Shown: positions 36,273 through 46,370 of the stretch, piece after piece | Numbering within the stretch: position 1 is the stretch's first letter | Layout: every line of letters begins with the position of its first letter | From: Candidatus Eiseniibacteriota bacterium | GTDB taxonomy: Bacteria; Eisenbacteria; RBG-16-71-46 | Reading direction: 5' to 3' | Length of the DNA: 62,776 bases | Assembly (NCBI GenBank): GCA_020849095.1 | Contig: JADLGX010000320.1 | Location: forward strand, 1-62,776 | Program-made: the position numbers and the translations under genes | Notes under the pieces: generated by a model | Told to the model about the DNA's origin: nothing | The model's input: the letters and a program-made list of their open reading frames with translations, nothing else | Database searches by the model: none

Positions 36273-36891
36273 GCTGGTCGCCGACGATGCCGACGCCCTC
36301 CGAGATGCCTTGCGTGACGACGCCGGGTGTCTCGGGGCCGCGCTCGGCGTGTCCGCCGTCCAGCTTGAGGAGCTTGCGCGACGCGACGACGTGGTCGACC
36401 GGTTTCGGCGTCTGGTTGTTCGTGCGCGGCACCGGGAAGCTGCGCTCCGGGATGACGGGCGGAGTCGGCGAGCGCTCGCTGCAGCTGAGCGGCTCGTAGC
36501 CGGCGCCCGCTGGTCGGATGGCGGGGTCGAGCTCGAGCCGCAGGTGCTGCTTGGCGACCTCCTGGCCGACACCGCAAGACCGTGGCTGGGCCTGTTGGTC
36601 GACGGCAGCGACGTCGTGGTCAGTCGGTCTCGTCTGCGGCGCGCGGCCCTGGCGCTCCGGCCTTTCGGGGATGTGCGAGCGTTCGCGGACAGCCAGGACC
36701 TCCGACTTCGCTGGCGTGGCGGTCGCGGCGGATTGAACTTCACCTCCCAGGCCGCGCATGTCCACGACCACGCGCTGGTCCTGCGTGTCGTGCTGGACCG
36801 GCCAGTTTCGCAGCCGGTGGAGCGATGTCGGCCACGGCCGCCTGAGCGCCAGAGCTGGCTCACGGACGTGCTCGCAGACGTCATCGGCTGA
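36244..36891 (+). CDS. Hypothetical protein, 215 aa; has a partial paralogue at the right window edge
   Basis: ATG 36244 (MASATTRLRELV). Its nt 36644-36771 recur inverted at 62649-62776. Confidence 0.55.
   Translation: MASATTRLRELVADDADALRDALRDDAGCLGAALGVSAVQLEELARRDDVVDRFRRLVVRARHREAALRDDGRSRRALAAAERLVAGARWSDGGVELEPQVLLGDLLADTARPWLGLLVDGSDVVVSRSRLRRAALALRPFGDVRAFADSQDLRLRWRGGRGGLNFTSQAAHVHDHALVLRVVLDRPVSQPVERCRPRPPERQSWLTDVLADVIG
36644..36771. repeat. 128-bp segment repeated in inverted orientation at 62649-62776 (127/128 identical)
   Basis: Direct comparison of the reverse complement. The single mismatch is T versus C in CCGACTTCGCTGG. Confidence 0.85.
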
Positions 36892-36953
36892 GCCGCCAAC
36901 AACCCGGACTGCGGCGAGACCGCGTCCATCACCCGCTTCTTCGCCGAGGAGAC

Positions 36954-38030
36954 ATGAACGCATCCATTCAACAACCCGAGCCGGGGCTCCCGCCCCCGCT
37001 CACCACCACGCCCGACATGACTGCCGTGTGGTCTGACGTCGAGACCGACTTCGACACGGCCGCCGAGATGTTCGTGGCGCGCCACCGAACCGACGGGGCG
37101 GCTTCCGATCATCCGGTCACTGACCTGCGGGTCTGGGGCGTCAAGCCGCACGACGGTCACTTCGCGCTCCAGCCCTTGCTGCAACACCGTGATCCGATCT
37201 TGCTGCGCCACAACGCGCTCCAGAACCTGTGCACTCGCCTGAACGTTCCGGTCGAGTTCTTGCGGCGACTGCCGGGACCGCTCCAGCTCACGATCGTGAA
37301 TTGGGCGCTCGGCTCAGTCGATCGACCGATGCCTGCAACGCTTCGGCTGCGAGGAACAGAAGCCGCCGCGCTGGTCAGCGACCGGTACGCCGCGCTCGAC
37401 GCCGACGAGTTGATCACGACCCTGCGGTCGGTGCTGGCTCAGCACGGGATGCTCGGCGAGGTTCGGGTCAGGGCCGTCGCGACTGGACTGACCGACGCGC
37501 TCCGGATCACGTTTCCGGGACGTGCGGTCGAGCCGAAGGTCGGCGACATCACGCACGCCGGTCTCGACATCTCGACCAGTTCGTTCGGTCGGTCCGCGCT
37601 TCACGTGCGTGGCCTGTTGTTCAGACTGGTCTGCACGAACGGCCTGCGCGTTCCCCAACGGATGGGTGAGTACTCGGCCCGGCACGTCGGTGAATCGGGG
37701 CGGCTGCGTGAGTTCCTGGCTGATGCAGTCCCGACCGTGCTCACGCACTCGAGCGGCCTGATGGACGCTTGGAGGCGTTCGGTCAACGTGCAAGTCGAGA
37801 GGCTCGCCGAGCTCATCGAGTCGATGCGCGAGCTCACGGCCGGTGAGCGCGAGGGCGTCGAACGCGAGGTCACGGCGGATGCAGGCCTGACCGAGCTGCC
37901 CGAGAGGACCAGCGCGTACACGCTCGTCAACGCCATCACGGCCACGGCCCGAGCCGCCGAGCCCGCGCGTCGACTCGAGCTCGAGGGTCTGGCCGGCCAA
38001 CTGCTGGACCGACACGTGAGGGCATCGTGA
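36954..38030 (+). CDS. DUF932 family protein (phage/plasmid-associated)
   Basis: Central GLDISTSSFGRSALHVRGLLFRLVCTNGL segment with the CTNG motif typical of DUF932. Confidence 0.65.
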   Translation: MNASIQQPEPGLPPPLTTTPDMTAVWSDVETDFDTAAEMFVARHRTDGAASDHPVTDLRVWGVKPHDGHFALQPLLQHRDPILLRHNALQNLCTRLNVPVEFLRRLPGPLQLTIVNWALGSVDRPMPATLRLRGTEAAALVSDRYAALDADELITTLRSVLAQHGMLGEVRVRAVATGLTDALRITFPGRAVEPKVGDITHAGLDISTSSFGRSALHVRGLLFRLVCTNGLRVPQRMGEYSARHVGESGRLREFLADAVPTVLTHSSGLMDAWRRSVNVQVERLAELIESMRELTAGEREGVEREVTADAGLTELPERTSAYTLVNAITATARAAEPARRLELEGLAGQLLDRHVRAS

Positions 38031-38668
38031 CGTTCCCGTACGACGAGCTCGGCGCGCCGGAGCTCGTGCAGCTCACGACGGTGCTGGGCCGGGAGATCGC
38101 GCTTCGACTGTCCACGCACCCCGGCGGCTGGCGAACCCTCAGCATTCGCGAGCTCGAAGCACTGGGTCTTTCCGATACGAACCTCCACTCGGTCCTCGCG
38201 CTTCAAGATCTGGTGCGCCGCGGCTACCCGGAGCTGCCACGCCATCGGTTCGCGCGGTCCGAGGAGGTCGCGCGGGTGTACGAGCACCGGCTTGGTGGGT
38301 TCGACCGCGAGGTCATGGTGGCGGTCGCGCTCGACGGACGCATGAACGTCATCGCCGAGCTCGAGCTGGCCAGCGGCGGTCATCACGGCATCGCGATCGC
38401 GCCGCCTGACATCTTCAGGCCGCTCATCCGTTGCGGGGCCAGCGCGTTCGTAATGGTCCACAACCATCCCTCCGGCGATCCGAGCCCGAGCCGCGAGGAC
38501 ATCACCATGACCGGCGCGCTGGTCAGCCTGGCCGACATCGTGGGCGTGCAGCTCGTCGATCACGTCATCGTCGCAGCCCGCGGCGGTGGGTGGACGTCAC
38601 TGGCTGATCTCGGGCTCCTTGGAGGAAACGATGAAGAAAGACCTACTCACGCGACCGTTTCGAGCTGA
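38027..38668 (+). CDS. radC: RadC-like JAB/MPN domain protein
   Basis: HNHPSGDPSPSREDI JAMM motif. The GTG start overlaps the upstream stop (GTGA). Confidence 0.85.
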   Translation: MTFPYDELGAPELVQLTTVLGREIALRLSTHPGGWRTLSIRELEALGLSDTNLHSVLALQDLVRRGYPELPRHRFARSEEVARVYEHRLGGFDREVMVAVALDGRMNVIAELELASGGHHGIAIAPPDIFRPLIRCGASAFVMVHNHPSGDPSPSREDITMTGALVSLADIVGVQLVDHVIVAARGGGWTSLADLGLLGGNDEERPTHATVSS

Positions 38669-39251
38669 CCAGATCAAGCAGCGCAAGGGCCACCACGGGC
38701 AGGCGCTCAAGTACATCGATGTCGCGGCCGTCATCGAACGGCTCAACGAAGCGTTCGAGCACGAGTGGTCGTTTGAGGTGCTTCAGCACGAGATCCAGCA
38801 GGGCGAGGTCATCGTGCTCGGTAAGCTCACGGCCGGCGTCGTCGTCAAGACAGCGTTCGGCGGCTCCGATATCACGACCGACAAGGTCGGCGATGTGCTG
38901 AGCGTCGCTGATGACCTGAAGGCCGCGAGCTCCGACGCGCTCAAGAAGTGCGCGTCCATGCTCGGCGTCGCGCTCGAGCTCTACGGGGGATCGAAGGACC
39001 GGCCACCCGAGAGGGAGTCGGCTCCGTCGGCGGCGGTACGTCCTCGACCGCTGATGCCCCAAGAGCGCGCCACGAGCCGCCAGCTCGCCGCGCTTCACTC
39101 GGCTGCTCGCCGAACGGGCCTGGAAAAGCGCGACCTCGAGGTGTTCCTCGAAGAGCGAGTCGGTCACGCGGTCCTGAACGAGCTGAGCAGGGCCGACGCG
39201 AGCCGCATCATCAGCGAGCTCAGCGGCAACGGCGACGACCACCGCGCCTGA
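38631..39251 (+). CDS. Rad52/22-family single-strand annealing protein
   Basis: LTRPFRADQIKQRKGHHGQALKYIDVAAVIERLNEAF..WSFEV pattern. GGAGGA lies 5 nt before ATG 38631. Confidence 0.7.
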   Translation: MKKDLLTRPFRADQIKQRKGHHGQALKYIDVAAVIERLNEAFEHEWSFEVLQHEIQQGEVIVLGKLTAGVVVKTAFGGSDITTDKVGDVLSVADDLKAASSDALKKCASMLGVALELYGGSKDRPPERESAPSAAVRPRPLMPQERATSRQLAALHSAARRTGLEKRDLEVFLEERVGHAVLNELSRADASRIISELSGNGDDHRA

Positions 39252-39321
39252 ACGACAACCCCCAACAGATGGCCCGCAGCACCGAGATGGGGTTGCGGGT
39301 CATCGCCTTTTCGAGGTTCAG

Positions 39322-40119
39322 ATGAACGTTCGTAGCTCCACCGTCGCGCCGACCGTGACCGACTACCTTTCGTGGTCGCGGATCAGCGCCTACCTGCGCT
39401 GCCCTCACCAGTACGCCATGCGGTACATCGGTCGGGTTCCTGCCGAGCACCGCCCCGTGGCGCTGCTCTTCGGTACGGCCTGGCACGACACCGTCGGCGT
39501 CTACCTGGAAGGGTCAGGCAACGCGACCACACCCGAGCTCGTCGATGTGTTCGCCGAGTCCTTCGACCACGAGATCGCCGAGGGCGACGTCCCCGTCCAC
39601 TTCGACGAAGACCAGACCCGCGACACCATCCTCGAGACGGCTCGCGGCATGGTCGAAGCATTCCGAAAGTCCGTGAAACCGTCGTTCGAGCTGATCGACC
39701 GCGAGCGCTCGTTCTCGATCGAGCTGGCCCATCCGGTGACCGGTGAGATCCTGCCCGTGCCCGTCGTCGGATCGATCGACGCGGTGATCTCGAGGAACGG
39801 CGAGAAGCTGTTGTGGGAGCTGAAGTCCAGCAAGCGCAGGTGGACGGCCGACCAACTCGACAACGACGGCCAGGTCACGCTCTACCAGATCGCCGCCCGC
39901 TCGCTCGGCCACGTTGACGCAAAGCTCGAGCTCGTCGCCACGACCAAGACCAAGAAGCCGGACGTGCAGATCGAGCGCCTAGTTCGCCACCGGCGGGACG
40001 AGCAGGAGCTGACCGAGCTGGCGTTCGGAGTCCTGACGGCCATCGAGGCCGGCGTCGACTACCGGGTTCGAGGTTGGCAGTGTCGGTCGTGTCAGTGGGC
40101 CGGGAGCTGCTCGCCGTGA
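39322..40119 (+). CDS. Cas4/RecB-like PD-(D/E)XK exonuclease with Cys cluster
   Basis: N-terminal Cys (RCPHQY), catalytic GSIDAVI ... WELKSSK, and C-terminal CRSCQWAGSC. Confidence 0.75.
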   Translation: MNVRSSTVAPTVTDYLSWSRISAYLRCPHQYAMRYIGRVPAEHRPVALLFGTAWHDTVGVYLEGSGNATTPELVDVFAESFDHEIAEGDVPVHFDEDQTRDTILETARGMVEAFRKSVKPSFELIDRERSFSIELAHPVTGEILPVPVVGSIDAVISRNGEKLLWELKSSKRRWTADQLDNDGQVTLYQIAARSLGHVDAKLELVATTKTKKPDVQIERLVRHRRDEQELTELAFGVLTAIEAGVDYRVRGWQCRSCQWAGSCSP

Positions 40120-40379
40120 GCCGGCGCATCAACCTCGACCCGTTGGCCGTCACCAGCGCCGGGACGGTGCTGGTCAACGTCGCGCACTTCGACGTGGCCC
40201 GCCGGCCTGAACGGCTGCTCGCGCTGGCCAGCTCCAAGCGGGGTCGATTGTTCGTCGGGGTGGAGTTGTCAGCAGCCGAAAGCCGAGACGCGGTGGAGCG
40301 CCTTCGGGCCGGTCACGCCGAGGCCGTTGCGTACATTGTGGGCGAGCAGCAGAAGCCGTCGCGGGGGAGCAAGCGGTAG
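40116..40379 (+). CDS. Hypothetical protein, 87 aa
   Basis: The GTG at 40116 overlaps the upstream TGA (GTGA). No motif. Confidence 0.35.
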   Translation: MSRRINLDPLAVTSAGTVLVNVAHFDVARRPERLLALASSKRGRLFVGVELSAAESRDAVERLRAGHAEAVAYIVGEQQKPSRGSKR

Positions 40380-40382
40380 CCG

Positions 40383-40670
40383 CTACTCGGTCTCGCCGCG
40401 ACGCTTGGGTGGGCGTCCGCGGCGGACCGTTGTGCTCGCCGGGGCAGTGAACAGCTCGGCGACGGAGACTCGAAGCGCCTTGGCCAGTTTGCCGAGGCTC
40501 TCGACGGACAGGTTCTCGCGGCCCGCCTCGATGCTCTGAATGTACCGCAACGAGACATTCAGGCGCTCCGAATACTCCTGCTGTGTAAGCCCACGTGCGT
40601 CACGCAGCTCAGCAACTCGACGCCCGAGGTCTCGGAGCAGCTTGCTTCGCGCGGGAGTGCGGGTTCGCAC
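40383..40670 (-). CDS. XRE-family HTH transcriptional regulator, 95 aa
   Basis: GLTQQEYSERLNVSLRYIQSIEAGRENLSVESLGKLAKAL. Confidence 0.85.
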   Translation of the reverse strand: MRTRTPARSKLLRDLGRRVAELRDARGLTQQEYSERLNVSLRYIQSIEAGRENLSVESLGKLAKALRVSVAELFTAPASTTVRRGRPPKRRGETE

Positions 40671-40769
40671 CCCTGATCTCTTTGCTTATTCGAATGATCC
40701 TGAATACGTATCGTAAACATCGTAATATGACCCGCTCGCCTCGGGCGGAGGGGCAGAAGGAGCTGAGGA
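40671..40769. promoter_or_regulatory. AT-richer divergent promoter/operator region
   Basis: Local drop in GC. Tandem ATCGTAA units (TATCGTAAACATCGTAATAT) and TTGCTT / TAATAT hexamers lie between the XRE gene and the lipoprotein operon. Confidence 0.3.
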
Positions 40770-42065
40770 ATGGGATCGGTATTGAACACCCTGGCGGCCG
40801 CGGCATGGACCGCCGGACTCATTGCGGGGCTGGGAGCGGCGGCTTGCGGAGGGACGGCCGCGCCTGTCGAACACCCGAAGGCGTCGGCCGAAGTCTCGTC
40901 GCTGCGCATCTTCATCAAGAACGAGGCGAAGGCAGAGTCGGTCATCCAAGCTGCCGTCGAGGCGCAGCTCACGCAAGCTGGCCTTCAGCTCGTTGCGGAA
41001 AGGGACGCGGACGTCATTGGGACCCTTCGCGTCCAGAAGACCGAGAAGGCCGGCTTCCTGAAAATCGTTCGCAATGGGCAGCCCGTCGTCAACTACAACT
41101 ACGTGGTCACGGTCCAGCTTGCCGGCGGCGGCAGCGTCATCGACGTGGCGACCACCGAGTTCACCGGCGAAGCCAACGAAGTCGACGGCGAAAAGATCGC
41201 AGCGCTTGCCGGCGCGGTCGCCGGGTCCGACAAGCTCAAACGCCACTCGCTGCGACTCAAGAGTCAGCGCGCGGCCGCGGCCACCGAAGCCAAGCAGGCC
41301 GAGGAGGACCGCAAGGTGAAGGACGCCCAGGCGGAGAAAGAGTCCAAAGAGAAGGCAGAGGCCCTCGCGTGGGTCGATGCGGACGCGGCTGCGTGTCGTG
41401 AACCGGCGGGGATCGACGCCTGCAAGAAGCTGGAACTCTACGTCGCCAAGTTCCCGGAGGGCCAGCACGCGGTCGAGGGCAAGGCAATCTTGAGCGGTGC
41501 GGCTCCGAAGCTCGAGAAGTTGCGCGAGGACGACAGCGCCTGGAAGAAAGCAGGGGCCGCCGCGTGTGTGCCCGGTGCATCTGTGGACGACTGCGCGGGC
41601 GTCGAGATCTACTTGGTCAAGTACCCGGCTGGGCTCCATTCGGACGAGGCGCGGAACACTCTCAAGAAGGCCAAGGGCAAGACCACGGACGAATCGAGCG
41701 CGTCAAGGGGATCACTCGCCGAGCATTTGGCCTTCCTGAAGAAGATCAAGGCGAAGCCCGGGCCCTACTTCCAGCGCGGACAGAAGGCGATCCGAGAAAC
41801 GCGGAAGCGGAACGGTCACACCACGAACCTGCAGTTCAAGCGCCAAGAGGTCGTGATCGCTTGCTTGAGTGGCAAGTGGGTCTACACGCACCACGAGTAC
41901 ACCTGGCGAAACCAGATGAACTACGCGGTGGACGACATCGAGAGCGTCGTCCATCTGGAAGACGGAACTTCCACCGTGAGCTCGGGTCTGCTGCCTCGTG
42001 GAGCAGAGAACAGCGAGGTTCAGGCGCAGCGACTCGACAAGCTCTGCGCGGAGATCAACCCGTGA
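40770..42065 (+). CDS. Lipoprotein, 431 aa
   Basis: Signal peptide with lipobox LGAAAC. Two tandem C-x..DC..(L/V)E.Y(V/L).K(F/Y)P.G.H motifs. Confidence 0.65.
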   Translation: MGSVLNTLAAAAWTAGLIAGLGAAACGGTAAPVEHPKASAEVSSLRIFIKNEAKAESVIQAAVEAQLTQAGLQLVAERDADVIGTLRVQKTEKAGFLKIVRNGQPVVNYNYVVTVQLAGGGSVIDVATTEFTGEANEVDGEKIAALAGAVAGSDKLKRHSLRLKSQRAAAATEAKQAEEDRKVKDAQAEKESKEKAEALAWVDADAAACREPAGIDACKKLELYVAKFPEGQHAVEGKAILSGAAPKLEKLREDDSAWKKAGAAACVPGASVDDCAGVEIYLVKYPAGLHSDEARNTLKKAKGKTTDESSASRGSLAEHLAFLKKIKAKPGPYFQRGQKAIRETRKRNGHTTNLQFKRQEVVIACLSGKWVYTHHEYTWRNQMNYAVDDIESVVHLEDGTSTVSSGLLPRGAENSEVQAQRLDKLCAEINP

Positions 42066-43246
42066 ACCGGAACCGCCGGGGGCCGGGGAGAATCGGTCGC
42101 TCGTTCGCGGTGATAGTTGCCCTCTTCGGGTCGTGGGGCTGCAGAAAGTCGACTTCTTCGCCTACCCCGGCGGATGGTGCGCCGAGCGCCAAGACCGCCG
42201 CGCCCTACACCTCCGCCGGCATCGCGCCGGCGGCTTCGGCGGATTCCGACGCTGCGGCAAAGGCCCCGACGACGGACACGCCGAAGACCAGGCTACAAGC
42301 GGTTGCGCAGCAGGCAGTTGCCCAGGAGGAATTCGAGAAACTGGTCGAAGAGAACGCCTGGTCGGTGTACGACCCGGGCACCGTAGGTTGCCAGTTCGCC
42401 GGCGAGAATGTTCGCCTGGACAAGCCCGCGGACGCGGTGCGCGAGTTCGACCGTGCCAAGCACCGTGCCAGTCTCGTCGACCGCCTGGTCGTGATGCGAG
42501 GGGGGCAAGATGCTGTCAAGCCCGACGACAGCGCGGCAGGCGCCCTATCGCTCTATGATCACGCGCTCGGTGCATTCACGTTGACCCTGCGGTTCGTGGA
42601 CTCGAAGTGGCCCGCACTCGGAGGCAGCCCGACCATCAGGGTCGACAAGGAACTCTCTGACGTCGAAGACGTCTTCGTGGCTGACCGGGGTGGCGGGTAC
42701 GTGATCACCACTCCGCAACGAGTCCCTTTCTACGTCTTCGGGACCTCCGTATCGTTCAAGGTGAAGGTCGATACCGAGACCGCCAAGACCTGGACCCAAG
42801 ATGGTGTCGCGCTTCGATACGCCGTCGTTCAGCGCTTCAAGAAGCTCGGGTTTCACAAGGATTGTCGCCGGGTCTGCAAGCGAGTCGACAAGAGCACGGT
42901 CGACTGCCCGGACGACCCGGAGAACCAAGGGCTCGGGCAGTTCTTCGTGACCGAGCCGGTCGGGCACGAGATCTACCTGGCCGGGAAGCTCGTTTCAGAA
43001 CGACAGCCACCTGATGGGATCGTGCAGATGCCGGTCGGCGAGGAAATGGCTCCGACGCCCGAAGGGGCCGCCAAGCAACCCGAGAGCGTCCCACCCAAGG
43101 TCGCACCTACCGCGGCTGGAAGACCGGCCGCACCACCGCAGAAAGCGAAGGCTGACCGGGCCAAGTGCCTCGCGGCTTGCGTCGCGGGGTGCAGCAACGA
43201 CGCGAACTGTGAGCGGTCATGCGCGGTGCAGAAGTGTGTCAGATGA
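42062..43246 (+). CDS. Lipoprotein, 394 aa, Cys-rich C-terminus
   Basis: The GTG at 42062 overlaps the upstream TGA. Lipobox LFGSWGC. C-terminal KCLAACVAGCSNDANCERSCAVQKC. Confidence 0.6.
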   Translation: MNRNRRGPGRIGRSFAVIVALFGSWGCRKSTSSPTPADGAPSAKTAAPYTSAGIAPAASADSDAAAKAPTTDTPKTRLQAVAQQAVAQEEFEKLVEENAWSVYDPGTVGCQFAGENVRLDKPADAVREFDRAKHRASLVDRLVVMRGGQDAVKPDDSAAGALSLYDHALGAFTLTLRFVDSKWPALGGSPTIRVDKELSDVEDVFVADRGGGYVITTPQRVPFYVFGTSVSFKVKVDTETAKTWTQDGVALRYAVVQRFKKLGFHKDCRRVCKRVDKSTVDCPDDPENQGLGQFFVTEPVGHEIYLAGKLVSERQPPDGIVQMPVGEEMAPTPEGAAKQPESVPPKVAPTAAGRPAAPPQKAKADRAKCLAACVAGCSNDANCERSCAVQKCVR

Positions 43247-43264
43247 AGTGATCAGGGCGATGAG

Positions 43265-43987
43265 ATGACGAGCGGCCGGAACCAGAACGAAGGGCTGTCA
43301 TGGGGATGCCTGGGCGCCACCGTGCTCCCCCTGGTGCATGCGATCATCTTCCTCGTCATCGCCGGCCTGACGATGCCGCAAGCCTGGCCGTCCAGCTGGG
43401 AAGCGTGGTTGTCGGCCATCGTGGGCAGTATCGGCCTGCTGATCGGCTACGGCGTGACGTTTGCTCTGCTGCTACCGGTCATCGTGGTCCTCGCTCTGAA
43501 GGACCGAGATGCGAAGGCGTTCTGGAGGCGGAACTGGCCGATTATCGTGGGGGTTTCCTTCCCGCTCTGGGGAGGGTGGGTGATTCCGGGTCCGTTCGAC
43601 GAGGTCTTCGTATTCGGGATTGGGAGCTGCTTGCAGATCTGGTTCGTGGCAGCGAGGTACCGGCTCGCGAAGGAACTGAGACGCGGGCTCGACGAAGGGC
43701 AGCGAGGGCAGCTCATGGATCAGGCTGTCCAGATGCCACAACTCCCTGGGGCTCACATGCCTGGGCGAGGGACTGATGCGGCACCGGCGGGCCTACTTGA
43801 CGGCCGGAAAGGGCCGACAAAGAGCACGAAGGGAGCGTTCGGTACGACGCCCGTAGAGGAACTGGCCGAGCGGGTGCTGCCGGCGCAGACGCCGGTCGTC
43901 ATTGCCGGGGCGGCCTGCCGCGCCTGCGGTCACCACCTTGAGCAGGGACAACGATTCTGCGCCGCCTGTAGAGCGACGCAGTTTTAG
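43265..43987 (+). CDS. Integral membrane protein with C-terminal zinc-ribbon, 240 aa
   Basis: Several hydrophobic spans. C-terminal CRACGHHLEQGQRFCAAC. Confidence 0.6.
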   Translation: MTSGRNQNEGLSWGCLGATVLPLVHAIIFLVIAGLTMPQAWPSSWEAWLSAIVGSIGLLIGYGVTFALLLPVIVVLALKDRDAKAFWRRNWPIIVGVSFPLWGGWVIPGPFDEVFVFGIGSCLQIWFVAARYRLAKELRRGLDEGQRGQLMDQAVQMPQLPGAHMPGRGTDAAPAGLLDGRKGPTKSTKGAFGTTPVEELAERVLPAQTPVVIAGAACRACGHHLEQGQRFCAACRATQF

Positions 43988-44211
43988 TCGTGCCGGGGCA
44001 CGGAACGCACAGGGGGAGGCCCACGGCCTGAAGTTCCCCCGCTTCCGTGGGTGGTCTTCATGAGTAGGTCGAGACAGCCATGACCGCGGACACCAAGCGA
44101 TGCCGAGACGCGCGAATCCTGGTGATGGACTACCGGTGCGGCAGGGACCAATCGTCTGCCTCGCCATTCGTTTGGCTGTTTGGCTGAAGAATGCAGCCAT
44201 CCCTCCCAATA

Positions 44212-44718
44212 TCAAGTGTCGCGCACGATGGAAAGATGCGTCTGCGGTGTGCGGGGCATTTGTGGTGGCTGCATTTTTGGCGGCGGCATTGGTTGTGGGC
44301 GCTTACTGAATTTCGCCTCGTAGACTGCACGAAGCCATTGGACGTCCGCTTCCGCCGCTTCCTGGGTCCGGAAACAGCGGCTGAGAAAGGCGAACAGCGG
44401 CATGTGATAATGCATCACCTCCAGAGCGTTTGCCCGGACCGCGAGGACGACGCCTTCATAGGGTTCATCAGGCACTAGCCCATCAAAGTTGGAGACCCAG
44501 CACTTGTCACCGGGTCGCCACTCATTCGCAGCCCGCAGAAGCCGCTCACTGACAGCCTTGATGGACTCTTGAAGGCCGGCGAGCGTGCCGTTCATCTTCG
44601 TTACCTCGGACCTGAGCGCCTCAACCTGCATCGGCAGCGACGAGGCTTCATCCGCGCGCTTTCGGCCCGAGAGTTTCGGAGTGTTCTTGCCGTTCTTCTT
44701 CTGCTCGGTGTTGCTCAT
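44212..44718 (-). CDS. Hypothetical protein, 168 aa
   Basis: ATG-initiated ORF with a Lys-rich N-terminus and a short coiled-coil. No motif. Confidence 0.5.
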   Translation of the reverse strand: MSNTEQKKNGKNTPKLSGRKRADEASSLPMQVEALRSEVTKMNGTLAGLQESIKAVSERLLRAANEWRPGDKCWVSNFDGLVPDEPYEGVVLAVRANALEVMHYHMPLFAFLSRCFRTQEAAEADVQWLRAVYEAKFSKRPQPMPPPKMQPPQMPRTPQTHLSIVRDT

Positions 44719-44771
44719 TGCGCATTCCTCTCGTTCGTTCAGTCACATTGCTTGCCGCTTGTCGTGGGCAC

Positions 44772-45620
44772 TCAGTGCCGACTGGGCTCGCCAAGTAGGT
44801 CAGTGGTGTGTGTGCCACCGAGCTCGCTCACGTGGGGCACGGTCTCAGTTGAGGTCCCCAACATCAGCGCCCTCAGCTCGTGCTGCAAATGCCCGCCCGG
44901 GTCGCCGATGGCTTGCAACGTCTCGGTCAGGTTCTTCGCGACGCTAGAGAACGCCAGGGCTCGCGCTGCCTCCCCTCCGAGCGTCGCCTCTACGCACCCA
45001 GCTGCTGCTGCTATCCGCGCCGCCTCGAACAGTCTCGAGATCTGGACACCTGCCGGCATGGAGCCGGCGCGCAGCATCTCGAGTAGCAACGCGAGACCAC
45101 TGCCGCGGGAATGAGCAGCACGAAGCCGCGGATCCTCAGCCTCGGGCGGTACGTCCTCGCCGCGTCGGCGCGCTAGGAACTGGCGCAACTCTCTTGAGTC
45201 GAGTGGTGAGATGTCGAAGAAGCACGACCGGAACAGCCTGATAGCTCGCTCGGACACCGGAGTACCTCGTCGTTCGAGCGCATGCGCGAGCCAGGCGTTG
45301 TCGGCGCCCGCAACGATCAGCGTCTCCATGAACTCGCGCTCGAGCGGCCGATTCAGAAGTTCCGCGGCGGCGTCCATCTCCGCGTCGCGTTGGAAGTACA
45401 ACCGCACGCCACGCTGGAGCAGGTAGCGCTGGCTCGTGAGGTGCGTCCGGTCGCGCGGATCGAATCCGGTGGGCGGAGCGAGCTCGGCCTGCAGCTGGGC
45501 AACGTACTCGATCGGGACGACGTCCAGCTGCCGATCCGCTAGATCCTGGACAGCGTCGCCGACCGTCGCACCCTCGAGCAACCGGCAGACGGCGTACCGC
45601 TCGGCTGGACTACGGTGCAC
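44772..45620 (-). CDS. Hypothetical protein, 282 aa
   Basis: ORF (GTG start) overlapping the upstream stop by 11 nt. No motif. Confidence 0.5.
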   Translation of the reverse strand: MHRSPAERYAVCRLLEGATVGDAVQDLADRQLDVVPIEYVAQLQAELAPPTGFDPRDRTHLTSQRYLLQRGVRLYFQRDAEMDAAAELLNRPLEREFMETLIVAGADNAWLAHALERRGTPVSERAIRLFRSCFFDISPLDSRELRQFLARRRGEDVPPEAEDPRLRAAHSRGSGLALLLEMLRAGSMPAGVQISRLFEAARIAAAAGCVEATLGGEAARALAFSSVAKNLTETLQAIGDPGGHLQHELRALMLGTSTETVPHVSELGGTHTTDLLGEPSRH

Positions 45621-45945
45621 GCGACACCGACAGCATCAACAGGTCTCGCGCCCGGTTGCCCGCCTCGACCCCGCGCTCGGCGAGCAGACGTCGCACCCGC
45701 GAGAGCACGCGGTCCCGCGGAGTGTGGCGCTGGCCATCCAGGTAAAGGAAGCGGCTTGGTGGGCGGCCGGGCCGGGCCGCGAACTCACCGAGCACGCGAC
45801 CCAGCTCGAACAAGAGGAGCACCTCCTCCGTCGCAACCTCATGAGCCTCGAGCACCTCGGCGACGCTGACCACCGGCTCTGCTGCAGCAGAAGGCGAAGG
45901 GTGGGCACCGTTCTTGTTCTTTCCTGTCGTCGCCATGGTGTTCAT
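45610..45945 (-). CDS. Hypothetical protein, 111 aa
   Basis: 4-nt overlap with the upstream gene. No motif. Confidence 0.45.
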   Translation of the reverse strand: MNTMATTGKNKNGAHPSPSAAAEPVVSVAEVLEAHEVATEEVLLLFELGRVLGEFAARPGRPPSRFLYLDGQRHTPRDRVLSRVRRLLAERGVEAGNRARDLLMLSVSRAP

Positions 45946-46370
45946 CTCCTCGCCGGCGCTCGCGACGTAACAGCAGCGGCTGGCACGACCCGTGCCGTGA
46001 ACCGGTCCAGGTCCTTCGTGTCGCTGTCCGGGTCGGAGCTTGCGCTGCCCGGCAGCTCTAGCTCGAGTATCTCCTGCACACGCGCCCGAGCGGCGTCGGC
46101 CGCTTGCGCGAGCATCGCCCCGATCTCGAGGAGCGAGTCGGTGTCGGCTGATGTCGTTACCCCGTCGCTGGTCATCACCATGAACCGCGGCTCGCCATCC
46201 TCGTCTGTGAACTCCGTGAGTCGTCCGGCGATGAAGTCCAGCACGGCATGCCGATGCTGCGCCCGTCGTAACTCGAACAGCACACTTGCGAGACGCGCAC
46301 CTCGAGCCGGGGTGGCCGGATGTTGCTCAGGAGCCGGGCGTGTCGCCGGTTGTCGTCGCCTGCGACTCAT
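45942..46370 (-). CDS. Hypothetical protein, 142 aa
   Basis: 4-nt overlaps on both sides, in an operon chain. No motif. Confidence 0.45.
   Translation of the reverse strand: MSRRRRQPATRPAPEQHPATPARGARLASVLFELRRAQHRHAVLDFIAGRLTEFTDEDGEPRFMVMTSDGVTTSADTDSLLEIGAMLAQAADAARARVQEILELELPGSASSDPDSDTKDLDRFTARVVPAAAVTSRAPARR

Noticed and set aside
39481-39496. TGGCACG heptamer
   Set aside because: It lies inside the exonuclease CDS and has no GC at the -12 position.
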